From the human T2T-CHM13v2.0 reference genome, Homo sapiens, in assembly GCF_009914755.1 (NCBI RefSeq), contig NC_060937.1: a stretch of 64,000 bases of DNA; one strand, written 5' to 3'. This document shows, piece after piece, positions 19,525 through 31,800 of the stretch (within the stretch, counting starts at the first letter, position 1; the number at the start of each line of letters is the position of its first letter). Under the pieces are notes generated by a model, which searched no databases, had not been told where the DNA came from, and was given only the letters and a program-made list of their open reading frames with translations. The position numbers were made by a program, and so were the translations under genes.

Positions 19525-20271
19525 TATTGATGAAAAGAATTAAACTTTGTAAAATATTTTAAGAGATTTATTCTGAGCCAAATATGAGTGACCGTGGCCC
19601 GTGACATAGCCCTTAGGAGGTCCTGAGAACATGTGCCCAAGGTGGTCGGGGTACAGCTGAGTTTTATATATCTTAAGAAGGCATGAGACATCAATCAAAT
19701 ACATTTAAGAAATACATTGGTTTGGTTCAGAAAAGTGGGACCACTTAAAGCGGGGGCTTCAAGGCTATAGGTAAATTTAAACGTTTTTTGGTTGACAATT
19801 GGTTGAGTTTATCTGAAGACCTGGGATCAACGGAAAGGAATGTTCAGGTTAAGGTAAAGGATTGTGGAGACCAGGTTTTATTGTGCAGAGGAATCTTTTA
19901 GATAGCAGCCTTTAGAGACAGCAGGTTGTAAAATGTTCCTTACCAGACCTAAAACGGTGCCTGGCTCTTAGTTGGTTATCTCCTGGGTGTAGGAAGGAAG
20001 GAAGGAAAACAAAGGGGAAAGGGGATATAGAATGTGGATTTTTCCCACAAGAGACTTTGCAGGGCAATTTTAAGGCATGGCAAGGAAATATAATTTGGGG
20101 TAAAACATTTTGATTTTCTTCCTTGTTACGCCAGAGTCAGACTGGAAAGTAAGTCATGACCTACATGGTCAAAACCCATCTGATGAGAATTTATGGTTTT
20201 TGTAGGCCATGACTCCCCAGACCCCTTAGATAGGAATTTGGGCAAGATAAAAAAGCAGAGCTTAGTCTTCA
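19525..20271 (-). mobile_element. MER4E-like ERV1 solo LTR
   Basis: Reverse strand begins TGAAGACTAAGCTCTG...TATCTTGCCCAAATTCCTATCTAAGGGG and ends CAGAATAAATCTCTT...CTTTTCATCAATA. Near-perfect 4-bp TSD CGAC/CGAT. Confidence 0.85.
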
Positions 20272-20759
20272 CGATCAACCCCACATGCCAGGCCTTCTGG
20301 TAGGCACCTAACATTCAGTCAGTAACTACAGTAACTCTGTCCGTTGTGTCTGGAGCAAGCTAAAAAGGCTGGATTGCTGGGGAAATGGAAAGAAGCCAGC
20401 ACTAGGGGCCTGGGTTCAAGTCTGGAGGGAAGGAGGGGTTGTTTAGCCCTAACTTTGCACTAAAGTAACCTTGGCTGTGTAATTTAGCCATCTAAGAAAA
20501 CGAGGGGATAGACACCCCATATGTTCTCTGAGCTCCCTTGAAGATGTCTGTATGAAAGATTCTCTCCTTTTCATGTCCCTTCCGTGCCACTATTCCGAGC
20601 ATCAGTCTGACCCTAGGAGTGGTGACGTCCTACTCAGCTGGGGGCTGCCCCTCAGTTCCCATAGAGGCAAGTCTGGGTCCTGACTTGGCCAATGGCCCTG
20701 GAGGCCGCTGAGCTCCTCAGGCCCATAGCGCAGAAAGTGGGCGATAGGTCATTCCAGGA

Positions 20760-22130
20760 CAAGGGGGCGGAGGCTCCAAGAAACTACGACTCCCAGGAGG
20801 CCACTGGGTTCCCTCCGGCAGCCTGGGCCTGGTGCATGTTGGGAGCAGTAAGCGGCCTCCCGCCGCGCTTCATTGTTAAGACCGCTAGGCCAGGTAGCCC
20901 GCGCGCATGCCAAGTCACGTCCCAACGAGTTGGGCGGCTTTCCTTCCTGCAGGCCTCTTCTCTTTCCGGTCTTGCTGAGGCGCTCCTTTCCCCGCCCCAC
21001 CTCCGCCCTCTTTTCAGGGAATTTCGAAGGGGCGTGGCGTCTGGCAAGCGCGTCCCCAGGGGTGTGTATACGCGCGTTCACGGGAGGTTAAAGAGGGAGG
21101 AGCCTAACCCTTGGGTGTGTAAGGCAGAGAGAAGACCGCGAGGAACGGAAAGCGCATGCGTCCTAGTGGTGCTGCAGCGCCCGGGGAGTCGCGGAGGGGA
21201 GGGGTGAAAATGGGCTTGCGGGACTGACGCACGCGCATTGGGATACCAGATCCCCGCCTCCTGCTCCAGGTTTCCCCTCCTCCTTCACCACCCTCCCGGA
21301 AGTGGAGCCGCCCTCGCGCCCACCAGCGGCTACCCCCTGCGGCAGGCCCCGCCCACACAGGCTCCGCCCCCCGGCGCTCCGCCCCCTCCTCTTGTAGTGG
21401 CGCCGGCTTGCATCCCAGGTCGTGGCGGTTTTGGTGCCTGAAGCAGGGAGCGCGGAGTCGTTCCCGAGAGAGGCGGCCAGGCTATGCTCGCCGGTTTCCG
21501 GCGTTCCGCTCCGGCCAGCCAGAGTCTCTGTCTCAACCTGTGTCCGTGCTCCAGCAGTCTCCTCAGCCCGGCCCCGCGGCGCGGTTGGCGGCGGCGCCCC
21601 AGGCGCGCCCCCTCCTCCGATGGCGGCGGAGATCCAGCCCAAGCCTCTGACCCGCAAGCCGATCCTGCTGCAGCGGATGGAGGGGTCCCAGGAGGTGGTG
21701 AATATGGCCGTGATCGTGCCCAAAGAGGAGGGCGTCATCAGCGTCTCCGAGGACAGGTATGGACTACTGCCATTCGGCCGCGAGGAGGGGCGGGACGGGC
21801 CGACGGCCCTCGAGCCCGCGTCAGGGGCTGTGCCTTCACGTCGGCGCGAGTGTAGACTTGCTCCCCCAAGTTTTATTGTAATGCGCATCCTGGTGGTGCC
21901 GGTGTTCAGCTGCGCGCCGCCTCCGCTGTGTGGCTCCGGGAAGCGGAGCCGGGACGGCGGCGAGCGCTCCGGCTTCACCCCGGGCTGGGTAGTGCCTGCG
22001 GGAGCCGGGTGGCCCTCGGGCTAACGGTGCGCTGGAGGGACTTTGGTCCATCCCTGAGGACAGGAGGGAAAGAGGGGAGGAGCCGCCCGGCTTTGCAGGT
22101 GTGTGCTTGGGGAACGATGCCCTGAGCCGC
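20760..22130. promoter_or_regulatory. CpG-island promoter of WDFY2
   Basis: Abrupt GC/CpG enrichment. GC boxes at ~20764, 20990, 21347, 21361 and 21376. ETS/GABPA CCGGAAGTG at 21296-21304, NRF1-like GCGCATGCG at 21152-21160, ZNF143-type motifs at 20783-20801 and 20834-20852. No TATA box seen. Confidence 0.93.
21620..21756 (+). CDS. WDFY2: WD repeat and FYVE domain-containing protein 2, coding part of exon 1
   Basis: ATG at 21620 gives MAAEIQPKPLTRKPILLQRMEGSQEVVNMAVIVPKEEGVISVSEDR, which I recognise as the WDFY2/ProF N-terminus (paralog WDFY1 starts MAAEIHSRPQSSRP). Donor CAG|GTATGG after 21756, phase 2. Confidence 0.96.
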
Positions 22131-23357
22131 CTCTGCAAGATAACCAAGGGGTTTGGGGTACTCTCGTACAGCTCCCAGGGTTTCAAACGGAGAAAGCAAA
22201 TGCCACTCCTTCTTCCCAGACATTCCTACTGAATCCAGATAACCCAGACATCTTAGGCTGAATTCAGTGAATATTCTAAGTTGTACCAAGAGTAAGTTTA
22301 GGCTTCTGCGTGGTGCCTTCTTTCCTTTCCCCTCCTTATCTCTTGGAGCTCGAGGAGAAGCGCGTAGAACTTGTAACGGATCACTGCTGCAAATAGCTCT
22401 TGAGTTCCTTCCCTTTGCCTGTTTCCTTTATTTTTGCTTAATTTTGCTTAATATGCAGAAGTGGAACTAGTTGTTCTGCCTTCAAATACTCTCTCTGTTT
22501 TGCGTTTTCGCTTTAACTGAATTTCCTTGAATATGCAGGAATAAAGCTGATGAAGCTAATTTCTAGAGTAATGTTGCTTGAAGATAGTATTATGATAATT
22601 TATCTGAAATTGTTTCTTTGGTAAAATCTATATAAGCATTCTTACAAAAGAACACTGTAGAGGTACATAACACGGGGATTTTACAGTAAGTAGGTTTTCT
22701 TAATATAAGTTCAAATCATGCAGAGGTAAAGTATCCTTTCTTGGTGACTCAAAATTGAGAGGCTGAGCAACAAAGTGCTCATTGCTGTCTTTATAGTCAT
22801 TTCCGCACTTAGCATAGTGTGTGGCCTCAACAATTGAGCTCGATAGGTTTGTTCATGTCTTAGGTTCTTCAGTATAACTAGGATGAGTATATTAATGACA
22901 TGTTCTTGTCTACATCATGCTCAATACAAATGGCGCCTGATTAATTTCCTGTGCAGATCCAATGGAAAACATTGTAAACATACACCAGTGGCAAGCATTC
23001 TGCAATGAACAGAAGAAATTCATGGCTGAAATGGAGTACATGGATGTAGGACCCTTTTGAAATTCACAGAGAAGCCTTATGAGAAAGTTTGATTTTTTCC
23101 ATAAAGGCAAAATTTTATTAAAAAGACTGCTTCTGGACCTAGAAATTCTTTGGCACAGTATTGTTTTTATGGGATATATTCCATAAAATATATTGAAGGA
23201 ATATATTGGTAGATGTCACTTTCCCAGTCTGTAACTACTGGAGATGGAACTGATCAATTTCTAACTGCTGTGGAAAATTCATAAGCAAATTCATGGAATC
23301 AAGAAAAGGAGAAGGGTAGTTAAACCTAAGCTGCTTTAATATTTTATTTATTTTTTT

Positions 23358-23464
23358 AAGACTAGTTAAGTACGGTAGTGAGAAGGGGAAGAGAGTAGAA
23401 CAAGGAGTTCAATCTGTAACTGACTGTGAACAATTGAGATAATAAAACTACCTTCAGACCATCC
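23358..23464 (-). pseudogene. Y1 RNA (RNY1) retropseudogene
   Basis: Reverse strand GGATGGTCTGAAGGTAGT...TTATCTCAATTGTTCACAGTCAGTTACAGATTGAACTCCTTGTTCTACTCT...ACTAGTCTT matches hY1, followed by an A tail. 17-bp TSD TAAGCT(G/C)CTTTAATATT at 23327-23343 and 23465-23481. Confidence 0.95.
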
Positions 23465-26400
23465 TAAGCTCCTTTAATATTAAGGTGTTATTATAGTATT
23501 GAAACTTCTGATTCCCATTTCACCACATTTACCTTGAAGGAAACAGCTTTACTGGGGTATATTTTCAAGTGTTTGGAGACGCTGAAGTAGTGTATATTAA
23601 TGAAACTGAAGAATAAATTTCATTTGATTATAGGATGAAAGAAATGCAATGTTCAGCTATGTCTTAGCCTAATTTTCACTTTCCTAGTGTACAATGTAAA
23701 TAATAGAAATTATTTTGTCATGGAGTTACTGTTAAATAAGGTTCACCCATAAGTCTGGAATTATTATTAATATACTTTTTTTCAAGTTGACAAGTCTGTG
23801 CTTCTTTGGGTCATATACTCAAACATGAACATAACTTTGTTATTTAGAGCTCAGTTTTGGTTATGGTTTTCATTAAAATAATTGATCTATATTCTTGCTT
23901 TCCAAAATTCAATGTTAATGTCACTTGGTACAATGCTAAATATATGAAAATGTAATATTGATTTTCATCACAACCTACAAAGCCATTACCATTCACTGCT
24001 TTAGCTAGAAACTAGTAATCTTCATTCCTGAACTCTGAGGTTAAAGCCGCAAGTAATGTTCCATACCTGAATGGCAGTGTTCCATAAATTCTTAATGAAA
24101 CCCTGGTTTATCTTTTTGACCTTTGACTTCTTCATTGCCTTTATGTGTGCCTTTGAAAACACTTAACATTTTCCATTTTAAACGGTGTTATACAGTATAT
24201 ACTTCATGTCCATTTTATTTTCTCTTCTGTGAGTTCCCTATGGAGCTTTGTGTGTCTTATTCATTGTATCATCATTAGGGCCTAACATGGTACCTGGCAT
24301 GCAATACGTCCTCAATACACGTTTGTTGTATCAGTGACTGATCTGTTTTTTTGCTGTTCCTGAAAGCACAGCATCTTAACTACTGTAGACTTTTAGTTGA
24401 TATTTGTTGAGTGAATTATATGATGACCTATGAAAGGCTTATGTGGACAAGTATACACTTGTAGGAAAAGTACTGGACTAGGTGGACTTTAAAGTACTTC
24501 AAAACTCTGAAAGTCCATGAATTGCTTCATTTATTCCGTCAACAAACATTTGAGTACTTACTGTGTTCCAGTCACATGCATACATGGTAATGATGAAAAT
24601 GATAAGGTCCTTTCAAGATGCTCACAATTTAGTGCAGGAATTTTAGAAGAATATTGCTTAATAAAAACAAAACTACTACTTCCAAGATTTAGTATTGGAA
24701 AGAGAATTTCAGATGAAGAATGGCAGGATTCCACAATCTGTATTATCCCCTAAATTTTACCTCCCGTTGGAGGATTCTTTGACTCAAACTGCCCTCAATA
24801 ATGGCCTGATAATACTCAAATCTTCAAGCCCAAGAGTGGATAAAAATTCTTGCCTTCAGGTTCCTTTTAGCAGAGTTCAAACAGCCTTGAACTTTACTCA
24901 GTATTAATGGAGGAAATATAAAGGAATAGAAGAAATGTAAAAACAATCTGATTTACAAATAAAGATTTCTGGTGCTACCATAATACAGAGCCTGTTTCAG
25001 GAACTCCCCACCCTTGTCTGATTCTGTCTTTGCTTTAGTTGTAGTTAGATTATATACCCAAAGGGCATACCAAACTTTGATATTTTGGATACCTCATTTC
25101 CCAGCTTCTTTTTGGACTGTCTTTTCTGAGTGAATGCCATTTTAGCATTCCCTGCCTAGGAGCTTCCTTTCAGACATCTCTGCTCTGTTTTGGTCAAGAC
25201 TTATGTTTAGTCAGCAGCTTAGCAGGGGCTCCTTTGTTTAGTGGCAGCCTCTTCAAGTGATGAAAGCCAGGAGGGACCTCTCTCCAGGTGGGACCAGTCC
25301 CATGCAGACCTTTGTATCTTCATAAGTTCTTTATAAGCATATCAACACAAGTCAGTAATCTTAGCATTCATACAGAGACTTTCAGTAACTTGATAGTTTC
25401 GTTTAGGCAATTATAGGAAATCATTCCCTTCCTAGGAGTTAACAACAGGTACAAACATTGTCCTCTGGGGTTGCCAATGAACCTCCTGCTTGTGGTGGTT
25501 AGAGAAGACCAACAATCTCTTCTACAGATGGGTCTTGCAGGGTGAGTAGGAGTTCTTGTGAAAAAGCCTTTCCTGTAGAGGAAAGGGCATTTTAGATAGA
25601 GGAGGCAAGAAAACTCCCATTCATTAAGAAGCACTAGAATGTCCTGATTAAGGGTGGACAACGGAGCCAATTGGCTTGAGTTCAGAACTCAGCACTCAGT
25701 GTCCTCACATTTTGAGGAATCTGGAAATTAGTGTCTGCAGGAGGAGTGACTCTGATAGCAAAAATTACTGAACCCTTTGGTTGAAAGATTTCAGGGTTCT
25801 TTTTCTGGATAAAAAGGCCTGTGTTGGTGGTAAGGTGTAGAGAAGGAGGCTGTAGGAGAGATAACTATAGAGAAGAAAGTTACTGGGGAGGGCGATATGG
25901 GGAACTGCCTTTCTATATTCTGACTTTATTCAGGACCAATTTATACAACATAGGCCCTGCTGTGTTCTCTCTAAGTCCTGAGGGCAGAGCACAAGCAATT
26001 GTTAAGAGAGGGGTGAGATTTTTAATCCCAAAATAAGGAGATCTGATCCCCAATGCCTAGCACAAAGGAGATATGCATTATATGTTCCTTGAATGAATTA
26101 AGCAATGACTGGTGATCACCTTTTTGAATTGAAATGGACCTGAGGATTTTGTGAGTTTCTGTCAGCAAAGGTATTTAAGTTGAGCCTGAGAGAAGTTTAG
26201 CAGCTTGCTTTAGGCCAGGGTAATCAACAATACAATATGGGATGGGAGTGGGAAGGGGCTGGGATGAGGGGGTTGGATTTTTTTTCTGCTTCGAGGGCCT
26301 TTTTTTCCTGACTCTAAATTACTATGATTCGAAGTGGCCATGACTACTTGACTGTTTCCTGAAAAAAATATGTTAAAATTTTATTTCATCTTATGAATCC

Positions 26401-27934
26401 TCATAGTATTGGTTCATTTACCATTAATTCTTTTTATTATGAAATTACACTATCCCAGTTCTCTGCTTCAACCATTAGTTTGATAATTAGACCTTGGTGC
26501 AGTTCAGTTGAGCTCCTGATAGAGTTTTATGTACCATGTATTTTATAACATTTGCACAATTTTCTTAAGAAATGCAAATCAAAGTTTTATAGTGCCAAGC
26601 ACAGTTCTGAAAGTTGAGGACTTTTCAGAGTGAGGGAGTGAGCGCTCTGAAGTCAGCAAAATTAGAACCCATCTAAACTAATTTTTCAGTGTGTGAAGTC
26701 TCTAATAGCATAAAATTAATACACTTTCCACTGCGCACTTGAGACTCATCACTTGGTGGTAATAATTGTGGATTTCAAGGTCCCAAAGAGGGAACTTGTC
26801 CTGTATGATTGTGGAAAATTAGACCTTTACTCCGAATTCAAAACATGAAGCACTCTTCATGCTAGCAAATCTTTCTGGGAACAGGCTGCCTCTGTGTTTC
26901 CAAAGGTCAGAAATAGACTGACTTTTTAAGGAAAGATCACTATGGGAAAGCTTATTTGAGGAGGCTTACTAGAGGAGGATTAGCTTCAAGTGATCCCAGA
27001 GCTCCTGACAGTTCTGAATTTCCTGTTTTTATATTATTAAACCAGAGTCTGTCCAGGACCTCACAGATCTTAATCAGTATATATTCATCCACATATTGCA
27101 ATGCTATGGGAAAGTTAGGATGGCAATTCTGACACTCTTAAAATGAGTAATTTTTAAATCTTGAAATCCTGACCAGCTGTCTTACACCTCAAGTGCTGCT
27201 AAACTTACTTTGAAAAAGGAATATAGGTAAAAATCATAGGATTTAAGTAGCTAGAATAAACTTTAGAGAGATGGCCTTTTCCAAACAAACAAAACCAAAA
27301 CTTTAGAAAAGGAAATGTGAGTTTTTACTTGCACAGCATCTTTCTCTGGCTGTCTGTTTTCACTTTGCATTTGGCTTTGAGAAAGCATGGAGAATCATCT
27401 TGATGTCATTAGAAATAACAGTGTGGGGAAAATTAAAACACTTTGTGGCATTTAGAAATCAATAAGTAGATTGTGATTTAAGACTACTGCAGGTGGTGAT
27501 TTGTTGATATCTGTAACACTAAACTAAATTGTGTACAGTATATACTTAGAAGAGACTGACCACCATACCAAGCTTTTCTTCTCAACTATTGGCAGAATAG
27601 AAAGAATTTAAAAAGAGATCACACTCCTTTATTTTTATATGAGTAGGTCTCCCAAGGAGAGTGTTACAATTAACCTAGAAATTCCCTAACAGAGAAAAAA
27701 AAAACAAAAAAAACTCCCCTTGTGCAACTTCAGCAAGCAGTCTTCTCTTTAAAAAAATTTTTTGTATTTCGGGGCAGGGAGCCTCTTCATCCAAATATTT
27801 TATTTAGTCCTTAGTAAAAATTAATTCAGAAGTATGAGAAACTAACCAGTAAGACCAAAAAAGAAAAGGTCATCTCCTTGTCTCTTGGCAGGGAGTGCTA
27901 CTTTATGGTCTCCTGTGCCTTTAATTTAAGGATT

Positions 27935-28080
27935 CTTGGAAAAGAACTGGGAGTCTGATCTCAGCTCTACTCTGCATTGACCTTGGCATTTCCTGGGGCA
28001 TTTCATCACTCTAAGCTTCAGTTTGTCCATCTGGCAAAGGAGGGGGTTAGATTTCCTAGCTATGACTCTTGTACTGTGAT
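27935..28080 (+). mobile_element. MIR-family fragment
   Basis: TGACCTTGGC...CTCTAAGCTTCAGTTTGTCCATCTG MIR core. Confidence 0.55.
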
Positions 28081-28928
28081 GTGCTTCTGTAGTGACTAGA
28101 TAAGTAGTCTCTGCAACCATATCATCCTAAAATCTCAAGTGGAGGAAAGCACGCATTAGGGAAAAAGCAGCATGCTTGTGTGAAACTGTCAGCACCTCAT
28201 GTTGCAACTGTAAAACGATGCTTTCTAGAGCCTTTGGATGGCAGCGGTTATTTATTCCTGGATGAAATATTAAGAAGTATTTGTTTTGTGTTAGTGCCTA
28301 ACACCCAGTTGAACTAGATTCACTACATTCCTACTTCTAGATGAGTCCTTTACTTTCAAACTCTGGGTGGTTTGCCAGCAACCAAGTCAGGGCCTGGGTT
28401 ATCTAGATTAATGCTTTGGAAACTTTTTAGACCATAAATCATAGTAAAAAATATAGTTAGCATTGCTACGCAAGACTGACATACTCTCTCACACATAGAC
28501 ACACATATGACAGAAACAAAGGTTTTATGAAATGGTATCCTCTTAATGTGACATGCACACTATTTTCTGTTCTGTTGCAGCCCTTATAAGATCCTAGTTG
28601 TGACCGTTTCAATTAATTTCATGACCCACTAAAGGATTGTGAACAAGAGTTTGAAATATTACAGAGCTTTAGAAGAACTGGTAATGTTTTGTACCTTCTT
28701 TTTCTCCCGTTATGTAGTTTCAGTTTTCTAGAAGATGGAAATGTAATTCAACTTGGGGACCTAAACCCTGCCAGCCTACCCCACCCCTGGCCTGGCCTGC
28801 TTTTCTGAAATTCCCATTGACATTATAGAATTGACCCAGTCTGACTGGAAGCCTTCAAGTTAGGAGATAACTGTTCTAAAGCCTTTCAGCCCAGAGCCAG
28901 AGAGGGTTCAGAAAAAAAGTAGGAATGT

Positions 28929-29090
28929 TGGGGGGAGGGGGGAGGGATAGCATTAGGAGATATACCTAATGTTAAATGAAGAGTTAATGGGTGTAGCACA
29001 CCAACATGGCACATGTATACATATGTAACAAACCTGCATGTTGGGCACATGTACCCTAAAACTTAAAGTGTAATAAAAAGAAAAAAAAAA
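28929..29090 (+). mobile_element. Severely 5'-truncated L1PA3/4 (3' UTR end only)
   Basis: GGGGGGAGGGGGAGGGATAGCATTAGGAGATATACCTAATGTTAAATG...CCCTAAAACTTAAAG plus poly-A. 19-bp TSD AGAAAAAAA(G/T)TAGGAATGT at 28910-28928 and 29091-29109. Confidence 0.93.
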
Positions 29091-29217
29091 AGAAAAAAAT
29101 TAGGAATGTACCAAATTGAGCATTTGCTATTGTTTGAGTGGCTGCATTTTAACTTCCTGTCCTATGTTAATTTATTACTGAGTTAGGACTCAGAAATGAT
29201 GCATCACATCTAAATTA

Positions 29218-29631
<414 letters not shown>

Positions 29632-29771
29632 CTATTTAGAGATTTTATGTATTTTCCATTGGTTATTAAATTATTATCTCTTTTCCGATTTCTAAGGATC
29701 AACTTAAATTTTAAATAATCATCATAATAATCGCTCTGGAGTATGTTTACATTTTAAATAAAGATAATATA

Positions 29772-29915
29772 GGCCAGGCGTGGTGATTCACACCTATAAT
29801 CTCAGCACTTTGGGAGGCTGAGGTGGGAGGACTAGCTTGAGGCCAGGAGTTCAAGACCAGCTGAGCAAGATAGCAAGATCCTGTCTCTACAGCGAATAAA
29901 TAAATAAAAGATAAT
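29772..29915 (+). mobile_element. FLAM_C
   Basis: Left monomer (GCTTGAGGCCAGGAGTTCAAGACCAG) followed by an A-rich tail. Confidence 0.8.
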
Positions 29916-30850
29916 AACCACAATAAAGAATTACTGCTCATAGATCCCTTAGCACAGTGACTGTTAGTATTTCATATATTTCCTTCTAGTAGTTTCTCTA
30001 ATGCAGTTTTCAAAAATATGATTGTAATCATACACTTTTATGTTCTTGCCCTCACTTAAACTTTTGCCAGCACCTACCTAGATTTTAACCATCATTTTAA
30101 GTGGCCTTATATTTTTGCTTTCCTTCTGTATTCACTCATATTTATTTAATGATTATACTGTATATACTTGGCCTCTGATCTCCCATCATGAACAAGGCAT
30201 ATCCTACTCTCAGGGTACTGGTGATCTAGTCAGTACATCATAATTTATCTTCTCCCTATTGTTTATTTACATTATTTTCAGTTTTATAAATGTTATGATG
30301 AACATTTATAAATTGTTATACATATAGGTGTCCCCTTCTATCCCCCACCCTGAGTTTTTTGATTATTTCTTTAGGAAAGATTGTAAGAAGATTGCCATAT
30401 TATTTTCCAAAAGGTTTATGCCACTTTAAAATGCTTATAGTTATGTATGCATATGAGAATGTTAGTTTTGCCATACCTGACCAGCCATGGATATTATTAT
30501 TTTAAAATTCTTTTTCATAATTTGCTTGATAAATGGTGGTACTTTATTGATGTTTAATTTGTATGTTTTTGGCTGACTGGTGAATATTTTTCTGTTCGTT
30601 TATTTCTAGTTATTTTTCCTTTTGTGAATTGTCTGTTTCTGTCCTTTGTCCATTTCTCCATTGAAGTCTCTTGGTTCTTCTTAACAATTTCTTTTACATA
30701 TATTCTATAGATATATTAAGAATATTAACCCCAGGCCTGTTATATATCCAGATATATCTTACATTTTGTTGTTTGCCTTTTCATTTTTTGTATAGAAAAC
30801 ATTTACTTTTAAGTTTAGCTGTCAAAATTTATTTTAAAAATTTTAAAATG

Positions 30851-31147
30851 AGAGACAGGGTCTCACCACGTTGTTCTGGCTGCAGTGCAGTGGCCATTCA
30901 GAGGCACATTCCCACTACTGATCAGCAAGGGAGTTTTGACATGCTCTGTTTCCGACTTGGGCCAGTTTACCCCTTCTTAGGCAACCTGGTGGTCCCCAGC
31001 TCACATGAGGTCACTATATTGGTGTCTAACTTAGTGTGGACACCTAATTAGCATAGCACACTATAGCCCAGAACTTCTGGGCTCAAGTGAACCTCCTGCC
31101 TCAGGTTACTGAATAACTGGGACTACAGGTGTGTGCCACCACACACC
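30851..31147 (-). pseudogene. 7SL (SRP RNA) retropseudogene, near full length
   Basis: Alu-like ends enclose the SRP S-domain: reverse strand GGTGTCCACACTAAGTTAGACACCAATATAGTGACCTC...GGGGACCACCAGGTTGCCTAAGAAGGGGTAAACTGGCCCAAGTCGGAAACAGAGC. Confidence 0.95.
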
Positions 31148-31639
31148 TTTTTTTAATAATTGAAATTTCTTCCATCACTCCTAATTTTTGAAAGTAACGC
31201 TTTTCCTAGGGAGCCACTGATACTCATTTTTCTTTCATCTTAGTTATATAATTTGATGAAAAAATAACTTTTTGATTGGTTTGAAGTGTATTTCATTAGG
31301 TGGCATAATTTGGGAAGTATAAATGGATTTTCCTAAAACTTGCTGTTAATTATTTCTACATTACTTATTGAGTGGTCCTTATATTTTCTTTTGTATTTAT
31401 TTGTGAAACGACTTTTATCACAAATTTCAGTTCTCATAATCAGCAGGGCCTGCTGTGGCCTCTGTTGTGTCTTAGGGAATCTCTTTGCCTCTTTTAGCAC
31501 CAGTTCTACACTTTTAATTATTGTAGCTAATGAGTTTTTCTTGATTGCTTGCCACTATGTGTCTGCAATGATAGCCCTAATCTCTCTGTCCAGGTCATCT
31601 GGCTAATGGGAAAGGAATCAGATATTGGCTCTTTCCAAA

Positions 31640-31800
31640 GCCTTAGGATTTTACAGTCTCAGTTTCCGTGTCTGCAAATTGGGAGTAATGACTCGTCCTA
31701 GTGTTGTTGGGAGGTTTACATGAGATGATCTTCCTGCAGCACCTGCAGCACCTGCAGCACTTGGAGCATAGTTGGTGCTCAGTGAAAGTTTGTTTTATTT
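31640..31800 (+). mobile_element. MIR fragment containing a (CCTGCAGCA)3 mini-tandem
   Basis: CTCAGTTTCCGTGTCTGCAAATTGGG core. The tandem is at 31733-31760. Confidence 0.55.

Noticed and set aside
21757-22024. Continuation of the 200-aa ORF 21422-22024 beyond exon 1
   Set aside because: Similarity to WDFY2 ends at the GT donor. The rest is GC-rich intron read-through.
20692-22289. Many overlapping long ORFs on both strands (e.g. 271 aa at 21163-21978 minus)
   Set aside because: Expected from stop-codon scarcity in a CpG island. No recognisable domains.
30671-31051. 126-aa plus-strand ORF
   Set aside because: Spans old L1-like sequence and the antisense 7SL copy. Non-ATG start.
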